Below are positions 10,989 to 24,339 of a stretch of 64,000 nucleotides of DNA, piece after piece. Made by a program: the position numbers and the translations under genes. Source of the stretch: Callorhinchus milii (Eukaryota). The notes beneath the pieces were generated by a model, which was not told the DNA's origin, searched no databases, and worked only from the letters and a program-made list of their open reading frames with translations. Location of the stretch: assembly GCF_018977255.1 (NCBI RefSeq), contig NW_024704742.1, positions 138,138,001-138,202,000 of the forward strand. The letters run 5' to 3'. The stretch's first letter is position 1; every line of letters starts with the position of its first letter.

Positions 10989-11289
10989 TGATTGTCCGGT
11001 AATTTGACAATCTATGTTCCAGCCTTGACATGTTACAGTTATTTACTCTGGCTTCCTGCCCACACCGCGGTGTGAGGCTCTCCACACCCCCCATCAACAT
11101 TCACACACTCACACTGTAACTGAACACCAATAAACCTGCACAATGGCTCCACTTCCAGAATCCTGACCTCAGATGCAATTCCCTGGAAAAAACACAAGCC
11201 ACGATTCCCACTCGGCTTCTGTTAACCCTGCGAGTTCTGTCTGGATAAGCAGCAGCAACAACAGCAACTTGCCTCCAATAATCACAAGA

Positions 11290-11648
11290 ATAGTCCTTGC
11301 ATTTGATGCAGAAGCCTTATCACGTCTCGAGACGTCTCAAAGCGCATCACGAAATGCGGAGTAAAGTGAATTGACTGTGTATTTTGTGGGCGGAACGCGG
11401 CAGCCAATCGCACACAGCAGTGTCCCACAAACAGTCGCGGATTGAGTGACCATATTATTTTAGGGATTACTATCCCTTTGAAAACGATTTGGTAATTGAC
11501 TAACAGGTTCTGATTTACTGCTAGGGAAACAGAGGTGTGTGCGTGCGGAGTAAAGAAACTTGCCTAAGGTTTCGCCCTGCCCGGGAATCATACCCAGGTC
11601 CTCTTGCTTGCAAGACGAGCGCTCTAACCACTGAGCTGCAGGACTCCA
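11290..11648 (-). mobile_element. tRNA-Ala-derived SINE, long subfamily
   Basis: Reverse-complement copy from head (ggactcc) to tail. Confidence 0.85.
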
Positions 11649-11664
11649 AATATACCGAAAGACT

Positions 11665-11930
11665 CCAGGGTTTACTGTAAAGTGTAGTCACTATGTGTTT
11701 TGTAGGTGAATGCAGCAGCCAATTCACACACACCAACGTCCCACAAACAGCTGTGAAGTGAGCGACCAATTTTATCTGGGCAATTGTCTGCCATGACACC
11801 GGGAGAGAGAGAGAGAGAGAAACTCCCTTCTCTTTTCCCAACAGAGCCACGGGATCTTTAACGTCCGCCTGAACGGGACACAGACAGGGAGTGAGGTTTA
11901 ACATCGTATCACAAGGACGGCACCTCCGTC
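11665..11930 (-). mobile_element. DeuSINE-family fragment
   Basis: GTTAAACCTC..CCCGTTCAGGCGGACGTTAAAGATCCC..GAGAAGGGAGTTT..GGTGTC..TGTTTGTGGGAC, resembling the Deu domain of AmnSINE1/SacSINE1-type SINEs. Confidence 0.7.
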
Positions 11931-11969
11931 AAGCGAGGGGAGTGAGATGGAGGGAGAGACTGACAGAAA

Positions 11970-12290
11970 CATAGAAAGATAGAAAAAAAGAGTAGGCCAT
12001 TCAGCCCCCCGAGCCTGTTCAACCATTCTATAAGATCATGGCTGATCGGTACCTCAAGGTCAATTACCCTCCCTTGCCCTGTATCCCTTAATACCCTGAC
12101 CTAATAAATAGCTCTCATCTCAGTCTGGACAATGTGAATGGATCCAACCATAATCCACAGCCTTTTGGGGGAGAGAGTTCCAGATTTCCACTAACCTTTG
12201 GGTAAAAAACTGCCTCCTGATTTCACTCCTAAACGGCCCGGCTCTAATATTAAGATGATGCCCCCTTTTGTTCTGGATCTCCCCCCATGA
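11970..12290 (-). mobile_element. CR1 3' end
   Basis: RGHHLNIRAGPFRSEIRRQFFTQRLVEIWNSLPQKAV followed by a CR1-type 3' UTR and tail. Confidence 0.85.
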
Positions 12291-15200
12291 GAGGAAATAA
12301 TTCAGGGTGAGACGGTGAGACGGGGGAGAGACTGATAGAGAGGGAGGGAGAGGGACTGACAGAAAGAGAAAGGGCGAGACGGAGGGGTAGAGACTGATAG
12401 AGAGAGAGGGCAAGATGGAGGGGTAGAGAGTTATAGTGAGGGGAATTGAGAAGGAGGGGTAAAGAGAGCGAGAGAGGGGGTGAGACGAAGGGATAGAGAC
12501 TGATAGAAAGAGCGAAGATATTTGCTTTTGATGGAGCGGTTTTTATGTCAGGAGGACATCTCCAGTCAACCTGAGGTCTAACTTGCAATGTTTCTTAGTA
12601 ATTCCTTAGTAATGATTCCTTCATAATTATTTCCCCCCACAAAAAAAATGCACAATTTCTTTATAATATGGTGAAGTCCTGCAGCTGAGTGGTGAGAGGA
12701 CTGGCCTCGCAAGCGAGAGGACCTGGGTTCGATCCCCGGGGCAGGGGGCCAAACGTTGGGCAAGTTTCCTTACTCCAATTAGAGGGATCGGTTCTTGGTC
12801 GATTGGTGGATGGATTTCTGGGATTAATAATCCCTCTAAAAAAAATGTGGTCACTCAATCCACGACTAAAGACCTTCCCCCACCCCGTCTCCCCCCGGCT
12901 CGGGGTCAGACTCCCCCACTGTCAAGCGCTCCGGGAGGCTATATAAATGCAAGTTGTTGTTGACCCTGTGTGGGACGCTGCTGCGCGCAATCGTCTGCCG
13001 CGTTTCGCCCCTAAAAATTACCGTCAATTCAGGTTACAGTGTATCCTGTGAAGCGCTTTGAGGCATCTCAATGACGTGATATGGGGCTACATGAAATACA
13101 AGGATTATTATTGTTATAAAGAGATGAGAACCTGAGGCATCTGGTACAGTTTAATGGTTGAGCTGCCACAATCACTGTTCCTAGTGAAGAACATATATCC
13201 TGGACCACTGCCAGTCTCGCCTACAGCCTGAGTCAGGAATGTGGGGATTACCAGCCATAGCTCTCCATTTCCAGGGATCCGAACTCCCAGATCTGTTTGG
13301 CTTTGAACTTTCGTGTACACTGAGAGTGTGAGTGTGGGAGAGTGTGTGAGACAGTGAGGGAGGGAGGGAGGGAGGGAGGGAGGATGGATGGGAGGAGGAA
13401 GGGATGGAGGGAGGATGGGAGGGAGAGCAACTGCAGCTCACGTCACATCCCAATTCAGGCTGACGCTCTAACGCAGCGCTGGGGGGCGAGAGAGAGAGCG
13501 AGAGAGAGAGCGAGAGAGAGAGATCTCTGAGGCATCTCTGACGCAATGTCAGAGATTCCGTCCATCAGATGAGACGTCAAACCTCTCTCCCCGTCTGTCT
13601 CTGTTCAAGTGGATGTTAAAGATCCCGGAACGCTGTCGGGAACAGAGCTGGGAGTTTCCCCCCCTCTCCCTCTCTCTCTCTCGTGCTCTCCCAGCGTCCT
13701 GGCCGACAATCCCCCAGATAAAATCGCTCGCTCACTTCCCGGCTGTTTGCGAGGTTGTCACCGTGCGCAAATGACCGCCTCTCTCGCCTAACAAACCCGC
13801 AGTCACTATACTTTGCAGCGAATCCTGTGAAGCGCTTTGGGACGTAAGGTTATTGACTATTTCCTTGAGCAGTGGAGGCCGGGATACGATCGGGTTGAGG
13901 TGACTAAAACGGGATTTTTAAAGGGATTTAAGGGGACTTAAAGGGATTTGAAGAGGGAGATCCAGAGAAGAGTTCTCCTCTGGTCAAGGAATCCAGAGCA
14001 ACGCAATCTACATTTACACAGCAACTTGCACATCAGGAGGACATCGGCCACCCTCTCCGTCCCCCATGTTGGGCACGGAAGTTGCTGTGGGGATTGTCAG
14101 CCGTGACATCGGGAGAGAGAAAAACTCTTTTTCTCTTTTCCGGTAGAGCTATGGTTTCTGATCTCTTGCTGAAGTTGTTTTGCTCTGGTTTAAGATTTCT
14201 GTGAGTCTGTGTCACCCCCACACTCGCCAGGCTCCCCCCCCTGGGGATTGAGTTCAAAACCCTTGGTTAATCCATTCGCTCTCTGGCACCTCCCGACCTC
14301 TCCGACCTCCTCACTCCCCAATCCACCACCCAGCGCCTCCCCTCGACTGGCACCAGCCTCCTGCTCGTCCCTCACACCCTCCGCCCCACCATCGGAGGTT
14401 GTGCTTTCAGCCACAGCTCTCCAAAACTCTGGAACACTCTCACTCAATCCCTCCACCTTGCCCTCTCTCTCCCCTCTTTCAAGTCCCGACTGAAGACTTC
14501 CCTGTTCGACTGTGCTTACGGTCACCTCTCCCCCACCACCCCATGGCTCGGAGCCAGGCTCAGTCAGGCGCTGAAACGCCACCCTGCGTAGAGGGCGCTA
14601 TATAGGTGCAAGTTGCTGTTGTTGCCCTGCCCAGGAATCAAACCCAGGTCCTCTCGCTTGTGAGGTGAGTGCTCTGTGCTATGCCACGCTACAGGGTTCC
14701 ACATATGCCACAGGACACCTCCAGGCACTTCACAGTCTGGGAGCCGAGTGGGCGGGAAGGGTACAAATGACCAAAAGTGCGGTCAAAGAGATAAGTCGAG
14801 ACAGACCTTGAACAGGGAAGGGAGGGAGGGAGTCAGAGGGTGGGGCCGAAAGGCTGAAATAGTGGGTCGAGGGGATGTGACACAGGCCGGAGGGAGTAGG
14901 GGGTTTGGTGAGGAGATCGCAGAGGTCAGGTGGGGGCAAGACTGTGGTGGGCTTTAATGGCAAGGACGAGGATCTTGAACTCTATCCCCTGGGGAGCCGG
15001 TGGAGCCAGACAAGGACTGGGGTGACAGGCTCGCCGAGATCTGATAGAGTCCTGTAGCTCAGTGGCGAGAGCCTCACGAGCGCGAGGACCTGGGTTCGAT
15101 TCCTGGGCAGGGCGAAATGTTGGGCAAGTTTCCTTACTGTTTACCAGCAGTAGGTAAGAACCCGGTTAATAGTCGACTGAGCAGGGAAGTCGATTATCAG

Positions 15201-15714
15201 GCATTCGATTGAAACCCCGGAATGCTTTTCCGGGGGTAATAATTCCTTCCAAATTATCTTTAAAATATAATAATTTGATCACTCAACCCACGACTGTTTG
15301 TGGTACCCTGCTGTGTGCAACTGGCTGCCGTGTTTCGTCAACAAAATACAGGCAATCAACAACAACAACAACAACATCCACTTTACAGTGTATTCTGCGA
15401 AGCGTCGAAGACTTGATAAGGCGCTGCATCAGATGCCAGGACTATTATCAACTGCAAGGCCTGAAAATCAAAGCCAAACCACTTTAGCGAGCAATCAGAA
15501 AACAGCTGTATTCAAAATGAGAAGGGAGTTTTTTTCTCTCCCGGGGACCCGGCCAACAATTCCTCAGATAGAATCATCTACACAAACACAGCTGTTTGTT
15601 CAATTTTGCTGTGGGATATTGGCTGCTGTGTTTGACCACAAATCCATCCCTGGGCAAGAACATCAGCTTTGACAATGTGGCAGTGAATCATCTTTAAATT
15701 AGAACCAGGGTTTA

Positions 15715-16140
15715 CAACAACAACAACAGCAAGATTGCATTTATAGAGCGTCTTTCACGTCGGGAGGACGTCCCAAGGCGCTGCACAGTTGGGTCGGGAC
15801 ACGAGCATTGGGGGGGAAATGGTCAGGGTGAGGGGAGGGAAGGGAGGGAGTGAGGAGGGGGGAAATGGTCAGGGTGAGGGGAGGGAAAGGAGGGAGCGAG
15901 GAGGGGTAGAGAGTCGAGAGGGAAGGTGAAGGTACGGTCAAAGAGAAAGGTCTTGAGACCGGCCTTGAAGGAGGAAAGGGAGGAAGCGGCGAAGGCACTG
16001 GGGATGGAGTTCCAGAGTCTCGGGGCTGAGAGGCTGAAGGCCACCGATGGTAGGGTGGTTAGGGTGGGGGACGTGGAGCAGACCGGAGCCAGAGGAATGG
16101 AGGATACGGGCAGGTAAGTAGGGGGATAGTAGGTAGGAGA
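15715..16140 (-). mobile_element. L2 LINE 3' end
   Basis: AFSLSAPRLWNSIP...FKAGLKTFLF, then GGGACGTCCTCCCGACGTGAAAG..TAAATG and a (GTT)n tail. Confidence 0.85.
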
Positions 16141-17739
16141 GGTAATTGGAGTTGAGGTATAGATCAGCCATGCTCTTGTAGAATCACAGAACAGGCTCAA
16201 GGGGTTGAATGGCCTCCTCCTGTTCCTATGTTCCTATGTTCTATGTGAGCTCGGAATCCCCAAATGTGGTAGAGAGAAGGGGACTTGAGCCCACAACCTT
16301 AGAGACGTAGAGATGAGAGTTTGTGAGAGGCAGAGTGACTGAGCTGGGGGCTGGGACCACATGTTCAACACATTCCCAACAAATGGAAATGATTCCTGAC
16401 TGAATGTCTGTCAGACGTCAAGTCCTGGATGAGGGCAAACTTTCTACAGTTGAACGTCAACAAGACCGAGGCTCCTAATTGTCTCCCGTCAGCGCCTCCT
16501 CACCTCAGGCGCTGACAGCATCACCATCCCTGGGGCTCACTCCCCCTCACTGCGCCAGTCCCGAACCTTGGGGTCTGGTTTGACCCTCAACTGTCCTTTC
16601 TACCCCACATCTGCGTCATGACCCGCTCTGCCTTCCCCACCCCCGCAACATGGCCCGACTCCCCCACTGTCTCACACCGCAGCCGCCGAGACCCTGATAT
16701 ACGCCTTCATTATATCGAGGCTCGACTATGCAAACTCACTGCTTGTCGGCACCCAACTCCTCCCTCCATAGACTGCAGATCATCCGGAACATCCTCGCCT
16801 GACTCCACTGGCTTCCCATCACACAGAGGACGCAGTTCAAGGTAAACAGAGGCATGTGGTGTAAGGAAACTTGCCCAGCGTTTCGCCCTGCCCGGGAATC
16901 GAACCCAGGTCCTCTCGCTTGCGAGGCGAGTGCTCTAACCACTACGCTACAGGAGTTAAAGTCGCTGGTGTGGGGGTGGGGGGGGGGGTCAGGGGTGGGG
17001 TGGGGGGGTGCGGGTGGTTGGAGAAAAGCTGAAACCCACCACTTGGTGACCCCAGAACCCGTAAGCTTTTGTGAATTGCAGTTTGATATCTCGCAAGGAA
17101 TGCAACCTGCATTCTACCTCATGCACTGCCATGCCAGTAAACACGCTTCCATCTGATTGATCCCAGAGACAGATTCACGCCGCTTGGCACAGGATATTGT
17201 ACATTGATCCTCCTAGAAAATTTCCCTTTTTATTTACCGCACTTCAGACCAGCGGGGTAGGTGGTGGCGGAGGGGGAGTAAGTTACAGTAAAACGAGGCA
17301 AGGTTGATTTACAACACATGCAGGAACCTGCCTCTTGGCAGAAAATGAAAGAAAGAGAGAGGATATTGTTTAGCTGACACAAGCTTTATTTTATTATAAT
17401 AATAATCCTTGCCATTGGTATAGCGCCTCATCACGTTGTCCACACGTCTTAAAGCGCTTCACAGGGTAAAGTGCAGTGGCTGTGTATTCTGTGGGCAAAA
17501 CTCAGCCACCACTTTCATGGATTGAGTGACCAAATTATTATTAATATATTTTTTGGAGGAATTATTACCCTTGGGAAGTGATCCGCTAGTCGACTAACAA
17601 CCAGGTTCTTACATGCGTCTAAGTAAACAGAGACATGTGGAGTAAGAAAATTTGCCTAAGGTTTTGCCCTGCCCAGGAATCCAACCCAGGTCCTCTCACT
17701 TGCGAGGCGAGGGCTCTAACCACTGAGCTACAGGACTCC

Positions 17740-18530
17740 ACAGGCAGGAGAGCCCCTGGCTTGTTGACATTCAACTGGAGAAAGTTAGCTCTCATCCAGT
17801 ACTTGACGTGTGACAGACAGGACAGCAGGGGTCTTGGAGTCGAGAGTGGAAGCAGAGAGATCGAGTTGTGTGTCATCCACATGGGAGGGGAGGTGTCCAT
17901 AGACACAGTCGAAGAGGAAGGTCTTCAGGTGCAATCCGAGGATGGACAAAGAAGGGGCAATGTGGAGGCAGAGTATCAGAGTTTCAGGGCCCAGCGGCTA
18001 AAAGCACGGCCACCGATGGTGGAATGGAGGGGACGAGGGACATGCACGAGGCTGGAGCCAGTTGAGTGGAGGCGGCAGATAGTGGGTTGGGGAGGAAGCA
18101 GATCGGAGAGGTAGGGAGGTGCCAGGTCAGGAAGGGATTTGTAGACGAGTGAGAGGATCTGGAAGTCGATCTGTTTTGTGATAAGGAACCAGTGGAGCCC
18201 GGTGAGGACTGGGGTGATGAGGGTACGGAGTTTAGAGCGGGTGAGTTTGGCGGCGGCAGAATTCTGAATCAGTTGTGGCTTGTGGATGGTGGAGCTGGGG
18301 AGACCGGCGAGGAGAGCATTGGAATAGTGAGGCAGGAGGTGACGAAAGCGTTTCAGCTGCATTGAGGGTGAAGTACAGTTAAAGGCGAGCAATGTGGCGA
18401 AGGTGGAAGAAGACGGACTTGATGAGACGGACGGATGTGGGCGAGAAAGGACACCTGGGGGTCAAACCTGATGCGTAGGTTACATATAGGTTGGGTACGC
18501 CTGAGGGAGAGGGTGAGGTGGGAGACATTG
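17740..18530 (-). mobile_element. L2 LINE ORF2 fragments
   Basis: NALLAGLPSSTIHKPQLIQNSAA...ITPVLTGLHW...IGGRAFS and [10 protein letters not shown] motifs. Confidence 0.85.
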
Positions 18531-18721
18531 ATGTGAATCAAGGATGGGTTTACGTTTTGTCAATGTTTGACTGCTAAATAAGGATTAAACCACACAAAAG
18601 AGCTTTTGCTGATGGTAAATCCTTCCACTGTGGAGATTGGCACTTGCAAAAGCTGGTGGGAACAAACTGCACATTACAGAGGTTCAAAGCTTTGATTAAA
18701 GTAATGATTTTTGGACATACG

Positions 18722-18753
<32 letters not shown>

Positions 18754-19737
18754 TCACTCACTCTCTCTCTCTCTCATTCACTCACTCGCTCCTTTCAACC
18801 TGTCACTCCCAGGGATATCAAACAATTTAAAGTATTGTCAGCCCTTACCATGTTGAGACACCTCAAAGCACTTCACTGGTGCCCAGAAGTCTTGGCTGCT
18901 GTCAACTTATAATAATAATAATAATCCTTGCATTTAAGCAGCGCCCCACAAATAGTTGTGGATTGAGTAACCACATTTTTTTAAATATAATTTATTTTGA
19001 AGGAATTAGTACTGCTGGAAAAGTGATCTGGCAATCGATTAACAACCGGGCTCCTACGTAAACAGAGCCGGGTCGAGTAAGGAAACTTGTCCAAAGTTTT
19101 GCCCTGACCGGGAATCAAACCCAGGTCCTCTCGCTTGTGAAACGTGTGCTCTAACCACTAATAACAATAGTAATCCTTGCATTTGATACCGCGCCTCATC
19201 ACGTCGCTTAAACGTCTCAAAGCGCTTCGCAGGATATATTGTAAAGTGACTGTATTTTGCGGCAGCCAATTTGCACACAGCAATGTCCCACAAACAGTCG
19301 TGGAGTGAGTGAGTGACCGATATTATCTGGAATCCTTACATCTGATACCACGCACGCCTTTTGTGTTGGGAAGACATCCCAAATCACTCCCCAGGTAAAA
19401 CAGCAGGGTGTTTCATGGGACCTAACAACAACAACAACAACGTGCACTCAGATACAGGGTAGCGTCTCAGAGCGCTTGTAACAATAACCCTTGTAATTTC
19501 ATACAGCGCCTTATCACTTTGTTGCACTGTCTCAAAGTGCTTCATAGGTGGAGCGAGCGGGCGGGATGGAGGGAGTTATCAGAGTGTGTTTAGTGGGCAA
19601 AGTGCTTCGCTGGACACACTTACTCTCAAGGGCAAGCTACGTGGCTTCAGCTGGTTAGCAAAATACATATAGATCCCCCCAACCCTCCTGATCCCAACCC
19701 CCAGCTCAGGTCCAATTCCCTGACTGTCCAGCGTCTT

Positions 19738-20069
19738 ATAATAATAATAATAATCCTTGAGTTTGATATAGCGCTTTATCACATCTTCTCGACGTCTCAA
19801 AGCGCTTCACAGAATATGCTATAAAGTGAATTGACTGTATATTTGTGGGCGAACGCGGCAGCCAATTGCGCACAGCAATGTCCCACAAACAGTCGTGGAT
19901 TGAAATGACCGATTTATTATTGTTTTGTTTTGGAGGGATTATTATTAGGCTCTGTGTGGAGTAAGGAAACTTGCCCAAGGTTTCACTTGCCCAAGGTTTC
20001 ACCCTGCCGGGAATTGAACCCAGGTCTCTCGCTCGCTAGGCGAGTGGTCTAACCACTGAGCTACAGGAC
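19738..20069 (-). mobile_element. tRNA-Ala SINE with short middle and older-type tail
   Basis: CTCCACACAGAGCCTAATAATAATCCC junction; tail GAGACGTCGAGAAGATGTG. Confidence 0.85.
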
Positions 20070-20319
20070 ATGTGCTGTTATTGTTGTTATTAGACTTCAG
20101 CTGTTACCCCAACGCACACTGTGGGGTCCACAAACATTGGTTGTGGCCAACGTGAGAAATTGTAACATCCGTGAATTATTGTCAGGGGCAATGACTGTTT
20201 TCCCTGATTTACAAGGAAACAGGATGCAAGGCTTCTACCCACTCAGCTCCTGTTGACCCTAACAGGGCGCGAGCTGGACAAGCAGTGGGAAAGCTGGCCA
20301 GACAGGGCGCTCAATGTGG

Positions 20320-20590
20320 CAAGCTATGTGGTTTTAGCTGCTTAGACTCCAGCAGTTATCCCAACGCACACTCTGGGGCCACCCCAAGCCTTGGCTCTTC
20401 CAACCGACTCCTAATACTCTCCAGAATTAAATAAGTAGGAGACTTCCCTCCGGGGAGAGAGAACGCATTCCATTCCAGACGCAGGGAACTCTTGATGTGT
20501 CGGTGACATAAATATGTGGAATTCTCAGTCTGGTTTTACAGACTTAAACACAGTGATGGGTTTCCGTGTGTGTCAGACACCAACACCCCC
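20320..20590. repeat. Unclassified old interspersed repeat
   Basis: TTAGACTCCAGCAGTTA.CCCAACGC.CACTCT.GGG...CTAATACTCTCC.GAATT shared with 37020-37230; GTGATGGGTTTCCGTGTGTGTCAGACACC shared with 58135-58170 and (reverse) 51822-51860. Confidence 0.7.
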
Positions 20591-21564
20591 CAACCCTCTC
20601 TGATGTGAGAGGTACTGTGTAAGTACATCGTGTGCAGTCCTATAGCTCAGACGTAAGGGCAGTGACATGCGGATTGTTTAACATTTCAGGATGAAATGTT
20701 GGGCAAGTTTCCTTACTCCGCACGCCTCGATTTACCGCTTTTCTGGGGGTAATAATTCATTAAAAAAAGATAGTAAATTGGTCACTCAATCCACGACTGT
20801 TTGTGGGACGCTGCTGTGCGCAATTGGCTGTCGCGTTTCGCCCACAAAACACAGTCACCACACTTTACAGTATATTCTGAGAAGCGCTTTGAGACGTCTC
20901 GATGACTTGATAAGACGCTGTGTCAATGCAAGAATTATTATTAGTATTGTACAAATAGAGAAATCTGCTGCTCAGGGAACAGTGTGTTCTCTCCCACTTC
21001 CCGTCAGGATGCGAGGATGGGGGGGTTGGAGAGGAGGAGGTCACATTAAATAACTGTTCTGATATCCACAGACAGGCTGTGACATCCAGCCAATCTCAGC
21101 CCGGCATATCGGACCTCGATCCCGGACAATCCTGGAATCCTACCCTCGCTCGGAATCAGCGATTTGTTTTCCGGGAGAAAACGCGACAGGAAAACAGGAA
21201 AACATCTTCCGAGCTGAAACAAAAACAGAGATTGCTGGGAACACTCAGCAAGTCAGGCAGCACCTATGGAGAGAGGCAAGTGGGTCAATGTCACGTCCGA
21301 TCTGAGCCAGGATTTATCCAAATCCCACTCCGGCTGCTGGAGAGCGAGAGAGAGAGAGAGAGAGAGACGGTTCCACAGACTAAGATTGCCTGGAATTTAG
21401 GTCAACGTCAAATGGTCCGATTTTGTGTTCTTTTGGGTGGGATCTCTTTATTGTACATTTATTTATTTATCGCCCCAGGCTCCATGACCTCGCTAACCCC
21501 AGCCTTGCCCTGCTCCGCTGGCTACCCACCCCGCAGAGGAGAGAGTTCTCTGTCGAGCTCTAGT

Positions 21565-21885
21565 GGAGTCCTGCAGCTCAGCGGTTAGAGCGCTCGCCTC
21601 GCAATCGAGAGACCTGGGTTCGATTCCCAGCGGGACGAAATCTTGGGCAAGTTTCCTTATTCCACACGCCTGATAATAACCCCTCAAGAAAAAAAACAAT
21701 AATAATAATAATAATTTGGTCACTCAATCCACGTCTGTTTGTGGGACATTGCTGTGCGCAATTGGCTGCCGGGTTTCGCCCACAAATGTACAGTCAATTC
21801 ACTTTACAGTCTATTCTGTGAAGCGCTTTGAGACGTCTCGAAGACGTGAAAAGCGCTGTATCAAACGCAAGGATTATTATTTATT
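21565..21885 (+). mobile_element. tRNA-Ala-derived SINE
   Basis: A and B boxes (GGTTCGATTCC), CGC anticodon loop, shortened middle, Deu-type tail. Confidence 0.85.
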
Positions 21886-22943
21886 TATTACAGTTCAAAA
21901 TCATTGCCCTCACTTTTGAAGCCCTCCACAGCCTTGCTCCTCCTCAAACCCTACCACCCCACCCCACCGTGACCGCCATTCTTCCGATGAGACGTTAAAC
22001 CTCTCTCCCCTTCTGTGCCCCATTCAGGGGCGCTGTCGGGAAAAGAGAAGGAAGTTTCTCTCACTCTCTCTCTCTCTCTCTCTCTCTCTGTCCTGGTGTC
22101 CTGACCAACAATTCCCCAAATAAAATGATCCTTTCACCTAAACGTGACCTCGTTTCTGAGTTTCAGATCCTCAGATAAAGTGATTTAATTCTTCAAAAAG
22201 ACAAGTCTAATGTTCCTGTCATCGCTCCGCTGGCTATTTTGAAATACTTACCATCTGAGAGACAGAGCTTCCCGATTTTTTGTGTGGCTGGGAGCCAGGC
22301 TGTAGATTGTTTAACAGCGCACGAAACTTTGACAGATCCCTGCCAGGTATTTCACTGAACCATTCCCTTCCATCTGCGTCCGCGATTGATACAATTCCTT
22401 ATCACATCGGCGAGAGACGTTGCAAAGCACTTCATAGCATTCGCTGTAACACGAGAGCAGAAGGGTTTGCCAGGCAAACAAAGATTTAAGTTCCATCCAG
22501 TTTGCCTTCCACCATCCAGGCAGTCGCTGGACATGTTGTGCCCCAAACTGCATACCGTCTCCCCCCAGATACTATTTCCTAAGAGAAATCGATCTCGTTT
22601 ATGAAACAAAGAACATTTTCCGCTTCCACCGTCTGTCTCCCTGCTCCGCACGTTTACTACGCGAGTGGGCACTGTACACATGCGAGTTGTCGTCGTCGTT
22701 TCCGCAGATTTGTTCTGAATTCAATCTCGGGTCACGGCTTCTGGTTCTGCTGCTCGGTACAAGATGAACCACCTTCTCCTGGTCCTACATCATCCAGTCC
22801 CTTCCGAACCTTAAAGATTCTGTAACATGTAGTGACTGTGTTTTGTCGGCGGATGCGGCCGGTAATTTGCGCCCAGCCACCTCCCCGCAAACGGCCACAA
22901 AGCGAGTGGCCGAATTTATCTGGGGGATTGTTGGCCAGGAACC

Positions 22944-22996
<53 letters not shown>

Positions 22997-24339
22997 ACAC
23001 CCTTTTCTTTCCCGATAGTGTCGCGGGATCTTTAATGTCCACCTGAACAGGCAGAAACAACTCGCGTCCCTTCAAGTGGGGTAGCGTCTCGGACCGCTTA
23101 AGTCACACAGGCAGGGAGCTTGGCTGTGGAGTCCTGTAGCTCAGTGGTTAGAGCCCTCATCTCGCAAGCGAGAGGACCTGGGTTCGATTCCTGAGGAGGA
23201 TGAAACCTTAGGCAAGTTTCCTTACTCCACACGCCTCTGTTTACCTCACAGTAAGTAGGAACCCGCTTGTCCCAGCGCCTTAGGACATCCTCCCGACGTG
23301 AAAAAGGCACTTAACAAATGTAATTTTGTTGTTTGTCGGTCGGCAAATCGCTTTCCGGGTGTAATAAACCCTCGCCCCCAAAAATGATCACTCTCTCCGC
23401 GAACTGCGCTCAATTGGCTGCCGTGTTTCGCCCACCAAACACACAGTCACTCCACTTTACAGTATATTCTGTAAAGCGCTTTGAGACGCCTCGACGATGG
23501 TGTAAGGCGTTGTATCAAATGCAAGGATTATTATTATTATCATTTTTACCGTCTCATCTGAAGGACGGTGTCTCTGACAATGCGTCTCCCTCTCTCTCGC
23601 TCCCCAAGGCTGGAGAATCAGCCTGGACTGGACTCAAACCCTCAAGCTGCTGACTTAGAGGCGAGAGAGCAGTGACTGAGCCAGGCTGAGGGGTTGGTGG
23701 CGGAACCAGGAGGAGGGAATATTATTTACACTTCTCTTTCCGTGGTGAAACCTCAGACTCTTCCCCCCTCACCGCCCCCCACTCACACCCCCCACCCGGA
23801 CGATAAACAATGAGCTAATTGTGGGGAGCGAGCTGGTCTGTGCCAGATTCCTGTCTCCTGTCATATACAAACACACACACGCTATACCTGATAGCACCAA
23901 ATCCCCAGCTAATGGGTTGCCTGTCGCACAGCCAACATCCTTACTACATAACAACCCGCTTCGCTGAGTGTGAGTCAGAGAGCGTGTGTCTGTGTGAGTG
24001 ACTGCGTGAGAGAGAGTGTGACGGAGTGAGTGTGAGAGAGGCAATGTGAGAGAGAGCGTGTGTCTGTGTGAGTGACTCTGTGAGAGAGAGAGAGAGAGAG
24101 AGATAGAGTGAGTGTGAGAGAGACAGTCTAAGAGAGAAAGCATGTGTCTGTGTGAGTGACTGAGTGAGATAGAATGAGTGTGAGAGAGACAGTCCGAGAG
24201 AGAGTGTGTCTGTGTGAGTGATTGTGTGAGAGAGAGAGTGAGATAGACTGACACTCACACACATACTCATACACACGTACAGCCACACTCACATACACAC
24301 ATACTCACACACACGTACAACCACACTCACACACACACG

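Noticed and set aside
13114..13320. Exon-like ORF VYTKVQSQTDLGVRIP...IKLYQ
   Set aside because: The DLGV....AV....GY....KLY pattern fits decayed CR1 ORF2.
21215..21280. Possible Penelope-like element terminus (AAACAGAGATTGCTGG..ACACTCAGC..GTCAGGCAGCA)
   Set aside because: Too short to classify from memory alone.
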